A stretch of DNA of 64,000 nucleotides from Barthelona sp. PCE (lineage: Eukaryota): assembly GCA_040285745.1 (NCBI GenBank), contig JAUFOR010000008.1:1922001-1986000 (forward strand). Direction: 5' to 3'. The notes below the pieces were generated by a model, which worked only from the letters and a program-made list of their open reading frames with translations, was not told the DNA's origin and searched no databases. Made by a program: the position numbers and the translations under genes. Below, piece after piece: positions 11,243 through 21,786 of the stretch. The first letter of the stretch is position 1. Each line of letters starts with the position of its first letter.

Positions 11243-11547
11243 ACTTTCCTGTGCTGAAAATTGTTGGAAAGGATAAAAGAAAAAGCATGTTATATTACAT
11301 TTATATTGGTATAAAGGGTATGTATATTTGACAAATATATGAAACAGTGAATTTATATTTAATTATAATGAAGTAGAACGAAGAAATTATATGCAGGGCG
11401 TCTTTGGAAGCGTTTACTGATACTTCATAACAATAAATCGGCTTTAAGCACATCAATGGTGGTCGAAACAAATATACTTATGCATGTATTAGTTATGTAG
11501 GTGTGATATTCTGTATTCTACTCTTTTGTTTATTTTCCAGCATTTAA

Positions 11548-11907
11548 ATGTCGTGTATCTTCTGTAAGATCATTGAGGGGCAAATTCCTTCTTATAAAGT
11601 ATTTGAAAACGATGAAGTTTTTGCATTTCTTGATATCAATCCATTGAAACGGGGTCATATGCTTGTTATTCCAAAGGTCCACAGCGAAACGCTGAACGAT
11701 ATCACATTAGAGTCTTTGAATAGTGTTATGGCTGAAGTTAAACGTATTGGTGCAATCTTTCCATCATACAAACTGGAGCAGCGTAATGGACGTGCAAGTG
11801 GACAGGAAGTTGACCATGTACATTTTCACATCATCCCTTCCGACCTTCCCTTTTGTGAATCAAATGATTTAGCTGAGATTAGTGAGGCTATACAATCGAA
11901 AATTTGA
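11548..11907 (+). CDS. HIT (histidine triad) family nucleotide hydrolase, Hint-like
   Basis: CIFCKII, AFLDINP, GHMLVIPK and the triad HVHFHII. Confidence 0.95.
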   Translation: MSCIFCKIIEGQIPSYKVFENDEVFAFLDINPLKRGHMLVIPKVHSETLNDITLESLNSVMAEVKRIGAIFPSYKLEQRNGRASGQEVDHVHFHIIPSDLPFCESNDLAEISEAIQSKI

Positions 11908-11919
11908 TTTTATTATAAA

Positions 11920-12495
11920 TTACAATTGAGTTCTGAAATAAACAACAAATGTGAAAAGTCCAAAGATAACAAAACAATAAGCTACACAGGCAATGAGAGT
12001 TAACGTATGAGATTTGACGGGATACTTCCATTTACCATTAACAAGCATTCTTTGATAGCTCTTAGGCAGTAATGAATAATCACCCTTGGGAGCTTCTGTT
12101 CCTGCACCTCTAGCAGTGTAAAATACACTCCATGCAAAGAAAGAGCCAACTAGAGCATAAAAAGCTGAAAAAAATACTGTAAAAGAAACATTGTGGAACA
12201 AAACGAGATATGCACAATAAAATAACAAAACATTGGATATGATATGTGCTACATAATGGACTGAAGAGATTATTGCACGGAATTTGTTGAGTTGCAATTT
12301 TCCTGCACGGAAAACAGCAACTCTAATGCGAGCAAATGAAAGATAGAATGATAATGCATGGAAAAACGTTCCGAAAGCCGCAAACCATGACGCCACGTGG
12401 TCATTTTCGCGAGTAACAAAAATATATACACAAACTAGACCTAAAACAACAGCCAGTGTGAGATATACCTTTTCTCCTTGAGTTAGTTTAGCCAT
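11920..12495 (-). CDS. Uncharacterised multi-pass membrane protein (about 5 TM)
   Basis: 191-aa ORF filling the gap between genes, with several hydrophobic segments; no family recognised. Confidence 0.75.
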   Translation of the reverse strand: MAKLTQGEKVYLTLAVVLGLVCVYIFVTRENDHVASWFAAFGTFFHALSFYLSFARIRVAVFRAGKLQLNKFRAIISSVHYVAHIISNVLLFYCAYLVLFHNVSFTVFFSAFYALVGSFFAWSVFYTARGAGTEAPKGDYSLLPKSYQRMLVNGKWKYPVKSHTLTLIACVAYCFVIFGLFTFVVYFRTQL

Positions 12496-12665
12496 AGTAT
12501 TTTGAATACGTGAGAAGGGATTTAATTACAGATCCAACCCTTCACTTCTACATCATATTTTCTCCACTCAGTTCGATGCTTAATAAAGCCACAATGGGCA
12601 CCGATATATATGCTAATTTATTTAAAATATTGGTTTTAAATGAGAAAAATAATTCTAAAATAATC

Positions 12666-15600
12666 TTAATCATCATCATCATCTTCAAGAAGTGGCTCTT
12701 CGTAAGTTTCTGCACTGATTAATCGCAGTACATCATGTGCTCTTTTTAGCTGACGGCGTTTTAACACAGATAATACACCAGCAAAAATGATACCCACAAA
12801 AGCTGAAACAATCAAACCAATAATTGCAGTTTTTATCCAAATCGATTCTACAGCAACAGTTTTAGGCTTGAATTCCACGAAACGAGTATCAGAGCAAAGT
12901 AAAGGACCTCCAAATTCAAGAAATTGAGAACATTCATTTTCAACATTAAGACAAAGTTGTTTATCGATACTGGCTTGCTTTTTACCTGTTTTATCACTAT
13001 TGTACACCTCATAGAAGCTAAGGGAACAGCTCAATTGCTGCAGAGCGTCTTGACACTTAGTCTGGCATGATGCGCAAGATAAATGCATCTTGAGGAAGTT
13101 AATGAATCGATTATAGCGCAACTTTGCCTCCTTATCTAGAGTTTGCGCAGTGTTCGAGTCAAATGTATCGAGTAGACGAACCTCACGATCATCAACATAG
13201 CTGCTACAGAACTCAACATTTGAAACATCTTTGCTGTATACGCTCTTGGAAGACACACTCAGCTGACGCACCCCACTTCCAAAGAAGAGGAAGCGGGTAC
13301 CCTGACTATTGAGCAGTTCACTTGAGAACGGAACAAATGAGTGCATTGATTGTAGCGCGTCGGTTTCACTATTTCGCAGATTGTCCAACAGTTCACTCAT
13401 TTTAATATTGGATGTATCTGCAGCGTCGATCATTCCCTTCTCGTGCAGATGCTCGAAGTAGAAGCGAACACGTTGACCAAGATTAACTCGAAGAGCGTCG
13501 CTTGTATCCTCGTTAAACACAAAGGCAAACAATTCGAAGTTACGATCGAACACGGCCGGCAGGAAGCGGAAGGCGTTGGACATTGTTGAGGGGTCGCGGA
13601 TACCAGAATAGACAAACATATCAGTATCATACTCAATTGTTTCTTCAACAATACTGTTAAACACAAATGGCTGCACGTTGAGTACCTTTGCCGGAATTCT
13701 AAGCAAACAAGCTTCCTCAGATTGGTTCGGCATGATGACAAGATAGTTATTAGCATCACTTTGGTCAGTCATTGGATTCATGAAAGTGCAGTCACCCTCT
13801 ACGATGGAAGTGTATATGTTGAACTCGATATTCTGATCTCCAGCAGCAGAATTATACGAGACAAGATATCCATCGCTGAACGGCTTACTGAGCAGAATGA
13901 GTTCTGAGTCTTGTAGATCAACTGTGCTGTCAGTCAGTGCTGTCGTCTGTATTGTATGAATACTAACGTCAAAATTTGCACTGTCAATAACAGGAGCTGC
14001 CGACTTGGCAGTAACGAGCCACTGTATGTAGAAGCGCACTTCCTTACCGTTCTTGAAGTGATTGTCAGTGATTAGACCTTCTGAAACATGCAACGAACAA
14101 CGTGTCGTTGAACATGTGTTTCTATATCGTCTGTTTTCGTGATCCAACATGCTTTTATGTGATGTGCGTGGATACATTGAATTCTCCTCAACGTCAAATA
14201 ACGCAATCTCAATGACACTGACTCCTACAATACTCACATTAATATCAAGAGCAACAGAACAGTGGTTATTTTCACCATCGAGGTCTTTGTATACTGCACA
14301 CCCCGGGGTTTGGTACATATACTTCTTTAGCTCATCTATTGATACTGAGAATCTTACTGTGGACCGAGGCGACGCAACCATCTGGAAATCACGGGTGTAT
14401 CCTGTTGGAATAAAGCGCCACACAGGAATATGCGGGAACGTATCAAATGTTATTGGATGTATGGGATTGTGAATAAGTGCCACCCAGAATCTGTACTTTT
14501 TGAAATTGAAAAACGTGAGGTACACCGACTTTTGGTTGTCAGCGGGCATATAAAATAGATATCCATTGTTCTTGTTTTCAAGACCTGAATATTCTCCTCT
14601 ACGGCATTGAGAGAATATTGGAGTGCCTACAATTGTCTTATGTAAGAAGACTGTTGTGTTTTCGGAATGGGCATCATTACCAATGACTGAGACGCTCAGA
14701 ATATAGTCTTCGACATTTGGAGTCTCCGAAAGATCAATGGTGTACAAATCGAACTCATGTCTGCTGAATAGTGAGTCATAATTCTCTGCATTCAATGGAG
14801 GAATCACTGAAGAATAGAACAGTGTCTCCTCAATGATGGTGGGCACGATTGTTCGCAATGAAAGTTGAGTGATGTTGCGATGCTGTCTGCCAATGAAAAC
14901 GTTACAAAACTCGTTATCTTGATGACCAAGATCGCAGTTCTCCAACACAACATATACGTCTGAGTACTGTTCGGAACGACGAGCATAGTCCTTTTTATCA
15001 TTAAAAGGGCAGAAAATGGTATGAACATTACTGTTACTCTCTGAGCTGCGGTGTGCCTTCAACGACTGCTCGCTTCCAGTACTTGATGGAGGACCAAAGA
15101 ATACAGTGGAATCAAATTGGCCAGAAAGAACATCAAATTCAAGCAAAAGTGGTGAATACCCGTTTTTGTTTTTCGGAATGAAAACAACATGGGACTGACC
15201 TGGCCGGAACGATACACGCTGATTCTCATCGCGCAGATACTCAATCTTTAGGGTCATCTGCGCTGACGGTTGATCATATTGATTGATGTACACAGACAAC
15301 AAAACATTGAACGAGTTTTTGATATCTTCTGTATTTCCTCTGAAAATGTACGAGCACTTCTCCTGGTATTTGCGCAATGTGTGAATGGGAATAAGAATGT
15401 GAGAGGAGAAGTATTCATGATTTGTAACATTACTGTCAATGCATTCCTGACCACCGTCAACAGTGATCTGAATGAAATCGCTCTGTTCATCTTCATTATC
15501 GTTATTACCATCAACAACAATGCTGAACAGATTGCCGAAGGGGTACATAACTGTAAACTCCTGTATCTGGTTTGTAACAGAAATAATTTCGGGATAGTTT

Positions 15601-18600
15601 CGAATAACGCTAAAGACACAACCACGTGAAATAGTCACGAAAACTCGTCCATTAACATAACTTTGATCCAAAAATGGTAGATAGTGTCGACTCAAATATT
15701 CCTTATCGGGTCTCCACACCATTCGTGAATTGTCATAGTGTGGGTTATGCTTTTTGTCGAGCTTCGACAAGAAACGCTTTAGTTCATAAACAGGTTCAGC
15801 GATATCAATTCCGAAAAGACACACATCACTGATCCTCTCAGTATGCATTCGATCATAAACAGCAAATATGACTGAGTATACATCGATGTGAGATTCCACT
15901 GTGAAGTAGCATTCGTCGCCATGCGCATAGCTATCATTACAAACCAAACTTTCCTCAAACTTAACAGGAGTAGATGGTAAAGGCTTGACATCATAATGGA
16001 AATCGAAACGGTATGATGATAGTGCATTAACACTCATATACCTTGGAAGCGTGTCCAGGTATGAATACAAATACGTGCGTTGATATACTTCCTTCCCATG
16101 TCTCATTGAGTGGTTGAATGAAATGAATGGTGAAATGTTCGGAATCAGACCAACATCTTTTAGTAGGTACAGAGAGGCACTGCCACAGTACCAATTGCTG
16201 AATGAAAGTATAAGTAGCATGTCCTGCGTGTGATCGTGGAATGGAAACTTGTACAGATACATACCTGCATCCTTCAGCGAGGAGTTGGGCAACATCTTAT
16301 AATCGGAGCAGTTCAGAGCGAGTTCAACGTCAGTGATCATGTTGTACAATGTGATGAAACCACCGTTGAACGATATTGCATCAACCATAGCAGTGTATGC
16401 AATTTCATCAGCGAAAGAAACATGTTTACCGTGAACATCAAACTTTATGGGACGATAGTCAGGTCTATTTGAGCATAGTGACAAGATTCCTTTTGCAGAT
16501 TTTAGTGTATTGATGTTAAGGGTACACTTAGAGTTCAAACTAGAATATATAAAGGTTTTAACGGTATCTATCTCGCTATCGATAATAATTTGGTCATTTC
16601 TTTTACCAATCCAGTCATCAACCTCTTGGAACTGAATTGATACAGGTTCAAGAAGAGGTTCGGACGGGAAGATGTAGAATCCACCATCTTGTATACCGTC
16701 ATGGAAAAGGTCTAATTGGCTCATCATTATGTAGTCAATTGTCCGGTTCTCTAGCCTGTAGACCTCACAGTGATCTGATGAATAACCTGTTTTGAAACCA
16801 GTTACCAAGAATATATTCTGGATCGCATCGTCGCAAATATAGAAAATCATGTCTTTGCTTACTTTTGAACTGTCTGAGAACCGTAGTGATGTTAAAGGTC
16901 GATTTTCACTTAATGGAATGTAGAATTTAAAGTAATTAAGTTGAGAAAAGTCAACACTGAGAAAATTCCATGTTTTTCGAGATTTGCCGATATTATATGT
17001 GTGTTTTTTCATATCAGTCTCTTGGAAATCCGTCAAGGTGACCCTGAAATCAGCTGCTTCACTCAATGTTGCAAATCCAAGGTTGAGTAATGAACACTGC
17101 TTAAAAACCATGTATATATCACAATTAAAAGACAGAGAAATAACGTCTTCCTGTAATAGTCCATCGCATTGTGCACGGAATAACACATGTGGTTCATTTG
17201 TTGTCATTTGTTCAAAGCGGATAACACCCCAATTATAAAATTCGGGCTGGATGGTGAATGCTTCGAGGGGTTCCAAACTGATAATGCCAGAATCATCCAG
17301 TTTACCATTCATAACAGCTAGAATGCGCATATTCATATCTGTTGAACTCAAAGAAAGATAAAAATCACTTGCAAAACCAAGATTGAATAAGAAAAGACCT
17401 TTAGTGAATCTGTCATCAAATAAACTGGAACAAGCTCCAATACCGTTGACCAGAATAGGAACTCCTTCATAACTGGCCGATACATGAATGTATTCTTCGC
17501 TTGTGCCTAAGAGAACTAACGCATCATAATGCTGATGATCCTCGACATTACGCATGAGATGTAATACATTAAATGCCACTTGTGGTAACTGGATGTCACT
17601 GTATGTATAGTTCTTCTTCGAGTTTGAGAAAAGGACATCATAGTAGTCATAGTCGACACGTTCGATCCAGACATCGACTTCAAAATCACGTGTATGGTAG
17701 TTTTCGTTGTCGGTGATCACTTTAATTGCGATCGACCCATCGGTTTGAGGAAGTCTACAACTGGCAATCTGGAAAATTGCGGTTTCATTTGCGTCTGTCT
17801 TGCGCTCTTGATCAAAATCTGCCGATCCACATCCAATAGTGCGCGTTGCCATTGTATTAACGTTCCAAAACAGAACAACAGAAAACTCAGCTTCCACATC
17901 TGCAATGGGTTTAACACTGACCGAAAAAAATGCCTCTTTTCGGTTTTCGTAAGTAGGAAAGCGTAGGTATTTTGTGATACCATTGCTAAGGAATCCAGAG
18001 AAGGGTAGTTCGTCCAGCTCATCATGACGCATATACTCGGCACGCATTTGGAGGTCAACTGAATGATCATGGCCGTCCAACTGGAAGTATATACTGCGTT
18101 TTTCACGGAGAGAACAAGCAGATATATCAAGACCAACCATATTAATCTTGTCAATGTAAAGAGTTGCGAAAGTAACATCTTCTGGCATATTACCTAATGC
18201 CACGTTGATTGAGACTGGGTACGGCATGTGAGTGGTTCGATTGAACATGAATTGAACGATTTGATGCTGATCCAGATCAACATCACCGATATCAAAACGT
18301 ACAGCCTTTTTCCTTGATGTTCTAACTTTTCTGGGCTCACCAACTTTTAAAGTTTCGGAACCCAGTTCTGCAACCATGATGGCGTATTGTACTGTCTGAG
18401 GAACATATGCACCTGCTGCATCGAGACTTTCGCTTCTGAAAACACTGAAATGTAAATTATTAAAGGTATCTCCATTCTTAAGATAGTCGAGTGGTAATAC
18501 ATAAGAAGCGTTCTGTGCATTGCGTGTTGTGATAAAGTCCCAATACTCTTGACAAGGAATCATATCACCAATGAAACGACGACGTCCAATAACGAGATCG

Positions 18601-21600
18601 AATCTGGCGTCTGGTGGGAAAATGTTGTAGAAATATATAGACATCTCTCTCTTGTCACCCTTCTCCATATACTGCTGAATAACATCGGACGTCACTTCAT
18701 AATGCATGTAGCTGTTTGCCAATAGAGTCTGCAGCATTGCATTTGAGAAAGTGAGATTGGTTGGAACCATGCTCTCTATTCGAAGTGAGAAGTCGACTTT
18801 CGGGTTAAGGAAATTGTGTTCTGTGAATGGACGGTACACATATACCAGATAGTGTATGTTCTCCGTCTCCGTCTCCGTATCATGACACACATATCTCCCA
18901 ATTGAGTTGACAAAACTCTCAACAGAACGTTTATGACCTGTGCACATACCAAGTGGATCAAATGAAACGTGGCCTTTCGTTGAATCTTTTGTTTGTTCCT
19001 TGATGATAATATACATAGTCTCAGTCTTTTCGATCGATTTGAGGTTGTTGTACACCACAACTTGAAAAGGATATTGCTTCCCGAGATTGCTGGTTACATC
19101 CAGTTTGCGCAGCGTGTCGGGGTCGAAAAACGCATACCTATACTCACCAGGTAATAAAGAGAAAGAATGCGTTGTTTTCAGGCTGCTAATTGGTTTAACT
19201 TTGATGTTTTCCACATCAATTCTAATTGAAAAATCCATCTTGCTCATCTGTTGTGCCGTCTCAGGAAATTCTAGATCATCCATATCGGGGAAAATATGCA
19301 AGTATGCCACATCTCTTCCTTTAAACAGATGGCAGACACGTACACGTAGCGTGCACTGACCACTCTGCTCATCAGCAGAGCATCTACACTTGAAATCGCT
19401 GAAATCTGCCCACTGAGATCCTTGTTCAGCGAGCGAGCATCTACTCGCATCAAATGCAACTGACATGGGATCGCTGTGTTTAGTGTGTAGCATTGCATTC
19501 AGCACCAGGTTCTTACCGATTGATTTTTGTGTAAGAGTGATAATCATCAATTTGTTTTGATCCATAACCTTAGCGTTTTTCTCCAGTTTTGGAGCTGCAA
19601 GGTTGTAAACTCGCACTCCCTTTGGGGTACGGCATCTGGGCGCATTGATAGTGCACTCAAGACTGTCATCTCTAGACCATGAGTCAGAGGGGAAGGGGAC
19701 AGGCTGGGAGAAGTTAGCGTCCTTTTGCTGAATACGTGCAATAGCCTGGACGTTTGTGATGATATCGACCTTGAGGTCGTTCATAGACATTACACCTAGA
19801 TACAGATAGCGTTCTTTCTCGTCCGTATATGGGGGAATATTAATTTGGAACGTAACTTGAACTTTCCCGTCTTTCATCAGGGACTCGGGCGTTCCCACAA
19901 GGAATAGGTCACGAGTCACCTTCATCGATGAACTCGATGACTGTTCAAGACAACAAAGCTCTGTTGGAAGTCCTGCTGGAGATCCCACGTTCAGAAAAGT
20001 CTGGATTTTTCCACCCTCCTTACTTAAATCAATTTGAACGTGTTGGTCAGACAGCCCCATTCTATCTATTCTAAACTGAATGGCTTGACCACTCATGACA
20101 TCCATTGACTGTACTACTTGTTCCATTCTCTCAACAATCAAATCAGGGTATGTATTTTTTTCAGCATAAATACTCATTTGCAGAGAACCACCGTAGAAGG
20201 ATGATACAACTGATGCTTTAAACCGTAGGATATCATCAGGTTCAATCTCACAATAAAGCATGAAAAAACGATGACCTGTAGAGATGACACGCGAGTTATC
20301 AACACTATCATACTGCATCTTGATCATGTTCATATCCTTGACTATCCTTGACTCAAAACGCAAGAAAACAGCAAGTGAAACGTACTGATTGGCTTCTAAT
20401 TTTTCGTTCGAGCGGAAGTTGACATTGACTTCTTCGCCTAACTTTAGCTCGAATCCCTTGGTGATTGCGTTATCTCCGAGTGTCATACGTTCCTCAGAAA
20501 TAATATGAGGAGTGAAGGAAAGAACTATCGAGTCTGAACTTGTACTGTGTACGAATAAAGTCATAAACAAATCCTCTTCCTCAGTCAACTGGGTCAGTGG
20601 CACCAGCATGAACGATGTGTGTGGGGTAGCATCATAAGCGCTGTTGATGTACGAAGGCGTGTTTTGAATATTAAACTGCATAACAGTGCTATTATTTACC
20701 ATCAGATCACATTGTTTACGGAATTTAGCAGGTTGGTTCTTGGTCATTACAATGTCAAGGTTCTGGTCGTGTCCAGCAATGCGGAACATGTAGTCTTGTG
20801 AACGATCACTTGTGTCGAGTTTGAAACTTAATGAGCCGTCAAGGAACGTAAAGTGCGTGGATTCAGGTTTCACAATCTCAGGGTTGACATAATCAAGAAT
20901 CTGAATCCACATCATAATTCCTTTCGGTTGCTCATGTTCAACATAAAAAACAACTGTAAAGAACTGTGGGTCCACTTGCCCTAGTGTACTCTCAAACAGC
21001 TTTAAAACGTTGCTTATGATACATGCATCGATCTGCAGACGATGACCAGCTTTGAGTGGTTTTCCATCCAACATGTCAAAACTGAATGTTTCTGGGGTAT
21101 TACCAAACGCCATCTTCAGCTTTGTGACGTCGAAACCTGACATGACTGTGATGATTTTCTCCGTGAACGTCTGTTTTGAAAACTCAACTGATACAAATGA
21201 TGCATTTGGTATGCTATGAGCAGGATCAGAGTGCATCATAATTGTTTTCACAGGAATAAACTCAATGTTTAATGACAAGTCAAACGTATATGTGTCGCTT
21301 TCATATTCACACGAGCATATAGAAAAGTAGTTGTCGACTGGAAGTATTGAGTATTTGATGCTTTCATCAATATGGAAATCCTGCTGTAGTATATTCTCCT
21401 TAAAGGTAGGCTTGGCATTGACAGCGAGAAAGAACTCTAGAGAGATCTCCCTTATTTCATCATAATCGTAGGAATGAGTTGCATTGATTGAAAATGAAAA
21501 TTCTCCAAAAGATGTCCTATTAAGATAACGTGATACTTCTTCCTGTCGCAATAAAAAGTCTGCACAGACACATCCATCATATTTAAGTTCGAAATCTATG

Positions 21601-21713
21601 GTTTCACCAATGATAACAGTGTGAATATTATCATTTTCATACCCAAATGAAAATGGTAAGATAAAAAAGCAGAAAAAACATGTTAATGTGTATAAAAAGT
21701 ATAAAGTTCCCAT
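12666..21713 (-). CDS. Giant type I membrane/surface protein, about 3015 aa, with a juxtamembrane Cys-rich domain
   Basis: 9-kb intronless ORF. Start placed at ATG 21713, where MGTLYFLYTLTCFFCFFILPFSFG reads as a signal peptide and overlap with the divergent gene is avoided. C-terminal TM AIIGLIVSAFVGIIFAGVLSVL, then KRRQLKR and an acidic tail. Confidence 0.88.
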   Translation of the reverse strand: MGTLYFLYTLTCFFCFFILPFSFGYENDNIHTVIIGETIDFELKYDGCVCADFLLRQEEVSRYLNRTSFGEFSFSINATHSYDYDEIREISLEFFLAVNAKPTFKENILQQDFHIDESIKYSILPVDNYFSICSCEYESDTYTFDLSLNIEFIPVKTIMMHSDPAHSIPNASFVSVEFSKQTFTEKIITVMSGFDVTKLKMAFGNTPETFSFDMLDGKPLKAGHRLQIDACIISNVLKLFESTLGQVDPQFFTVVFYVEHEQPKGIMMWIQILDYVNPEIVKPESTHFTFLDGSLSFKLDTSDRSQDYMFRIAGHDQNLDIVMTKNQPAKFRKQCDLMVNNSTVMQFNIQNTPSYINSAYDATPHTSFMLVPLTQLTEEEDLFMTLFVHSTSSDSIVLSFTPHIISEERMTLGDNAITKGFELKLGEEVNVNFRSNEKLEANQYVSLAVFLRFESRIVKDMNMIKMQYDSVDNSRVISTGHRFFMLYCEIEPDDILRFKASVVSSFYGGSLQMSIYAEKNTYPDLIVERMEQVVQSMDVMSGQAIQFRIDRMGLSDQHVQIDLSKEGGKIQTFLNVGSPAGLPTELCCLEQSSSSSMKVTRDLFLVGTPESLMKDGKVQVTFQINIPPYTDEKERYLYLGVMSMNDLKVDIITNVQAIARIQQKDANFSQPVPFPSDSWSRDDSLECTINAPRCRTPKGVRVYNLAAPKLEKNAKVMDQNKLMIITLTQKSIGKNLVLNAMLHTKHSDPMSVAFDASRCSLAEQGSQWADFSDFKCRCSADEQSGQCTLRVRVCHLFKGRDVAYLHIFPDMDDLEFPETAQQMSKMDFSIRIDVENIKVKPISSLKTTHSFSLLPGEYRYAFFDPDTLRKLDVTSNLGKQYPFQVVVYNNLKSIEKTETMYIIIKEQTKDSTKGHVSFDPLGMCTGHKRSVESFVNSIGRYVCHDTETETENIHYLVYVYRPFTEHNFLNPKVDFSLRIESMVPTNLTFSNAMLQTLLANSYMHYEVTSDVIQQYMEKGDKREMSIYFYNIFPPDARFDLVIGRRRFIGDMIPCQEYWDFITTRNAQNASYVLPLDYLKNGDTFNNLHFSVFRSESLDAAGAYVPQTVQYAIMVAELGSETLKVGEPRKVRTSRKKAVRFDIGDVDLDQHQIVQFMFNRTTHMPYPVSINVALGNMPEDVTFATLYIDKINMVGLDISACSLREKRSIYFQLDGHDHSVDLQMRAEYMRHDELDELPFSGFLSNGITKYLRFPTYENRKEAFFSVSVKPIADVEAEFSVVLFWNVNTMATRTIGCGSADFDQERKTDANETAIFQIASCRLPQTDGSIAIKVITDNENYHTRDFEVDVWIERVDYDYYDVLFSNSKKNYTYSDIQLPQVAFNVLHLMRNVEDHQHYDALVLLGTSEEYIHVSASYEGVPILVNGIGACSSLFDDRFTKGLFLFNLGFASDFYLSLSSTDMNMRILAVMNGKLDDSGIISLEPLEAFTIQPEFYNWGVIRFEQMTTNEPHVLFRAQCDGLLQEDVISLSFNCDIYMVFKQCSLLNLGFATLSEAADFRVTLTDFQETDMKKHTYNIGKSRKTWNFLSVDFSQLNYFKFYIPLSENRPLTSLRFSDSSKVSKDMIFYICDDAIQNIFLVTGFKTGYSSDHCEVYRLENRTIDYIMMSQLDLFHDGIQDGGFYIFPSEPLLEPVSIQFQEVDDWIGKRNDQIIIDSEIDTVKTFIYSSLNSKCTLNINTLKSAKGILSLCSNRPDYRPIKFDVHGKHVSFADEIAYTAMVDAISFNGGFITLYNMITDVELALNCSDYKMLPNSSLKDAGMYLYKFPFHDHTQDMLLILSFSNWYCGSASLYLLKDVGLIPNISPFISFNHSMRHGKEVYQRTYLYSYLDTLPRYMSVNALSSYRFDFHYDVKPLPSTPVKFEESLVCNDSYAHGDECYFTVESHIDVYSVIFAVYDRMHTERISDVCLFGIDIAEPVYELKRFLSKLDKKHNPHYDNSRMVWRPDKEYLSRHYLPFLDQSYVNGRVFVTISRGCVFSVIRNYPEIISVTNQIQEFTVMYPFGNLFSIVVDGNNDNEDEQSDFIQITVDGGQECIDSNVTNHEYFSSHILIPIHTLRKYQEKCSYIFRGNTEDIKNSFNVLLSVYINQYDQPSAQMTLKIEYLRDENQRVSFRPGQSHVVFIPKNKNGYSPLLLEFDVLSGQFDSTVFFGPPSSTGSEQSLKAHRSSESNSNVHTIFCPFNDKKDYARRSEQYSDVYVVLENCDLGHQDNEFCNVFIGRQHRNITQLSLRTIVPTIIEETLFYSSVIPPLNAENYDSLFSRHEFDLYTIDLSETPNVEDYILSVSVIGNDAHSENTTVFLHKTIVGTPIFSQCRRGEYSGLENKNNGYLFYMPADNQKSVYLTFFNFKKYRFWVALIHNPIHPITFDTFPHIPVWRFIPTGYTRDFQMVASPRSTVRFSVSIDELKKYMYQTPGCAVYKDLDGENNHCSVALDINVSIVGVSVIEIALFDVEENSMYPRTSHKSMLDHENRRYRNTCSTTRCSLHVSEGLITDNHFKNGKEVRFYIQWLVTAKSAAPVIDSANFDVSIHTIQTTALTDSTVDLQDSELILLSKPFSDGYLVSYNSAAGDQNIEFNIYTSIVEGDCTFMNPMTDQSDANNYLVIMPNQSEEACLLRIPAKVLNVQPFVFNSIVEETIEYDTDMFVYSGIRDPSTMSNAFRFLPAVFDRNFELFAFVFNEDTSDALRVNLGQRVRFYFEHLHEKGMIDAADTSNIKMSELLDNLRNSETDALQSMHSFVPFSSELLNSQGTRFLFFGSGVRQLSVSSKSVYSKDVSNVEFCSSYVDDREVRLLDTFDSNTAQTLDKEAKLRYNRFINFLKMHLSCASCQTKCQDALQQLSCSLSFYEVYNSDKTGKKQASIDKQLCLNVENECSQFLEFGGPLLCSDTRFVEFKPKTVAVESIWIKTAIIGLIVSAFVGIIFAGVLSVLKRRQLKRAHDVLRLISAETYEEPLLEDDDDD

Positions 21714-21786
21714 AACTATGACATAAAAATATTGAAAGAAAGAGGTGTTATAGTATAAAACACTCTTTTCTCTTTGACAGAACATC
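21714..21786. promoter_or_regulatory. Probable 73-bp bidirectional promoter region
   Basis: Lies between divergent ATGs at 21713 (-) and 21787 (+). Central TATAGTATA is flanked by pyrimidine tracts facing each gene. Confidence 0.55.
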
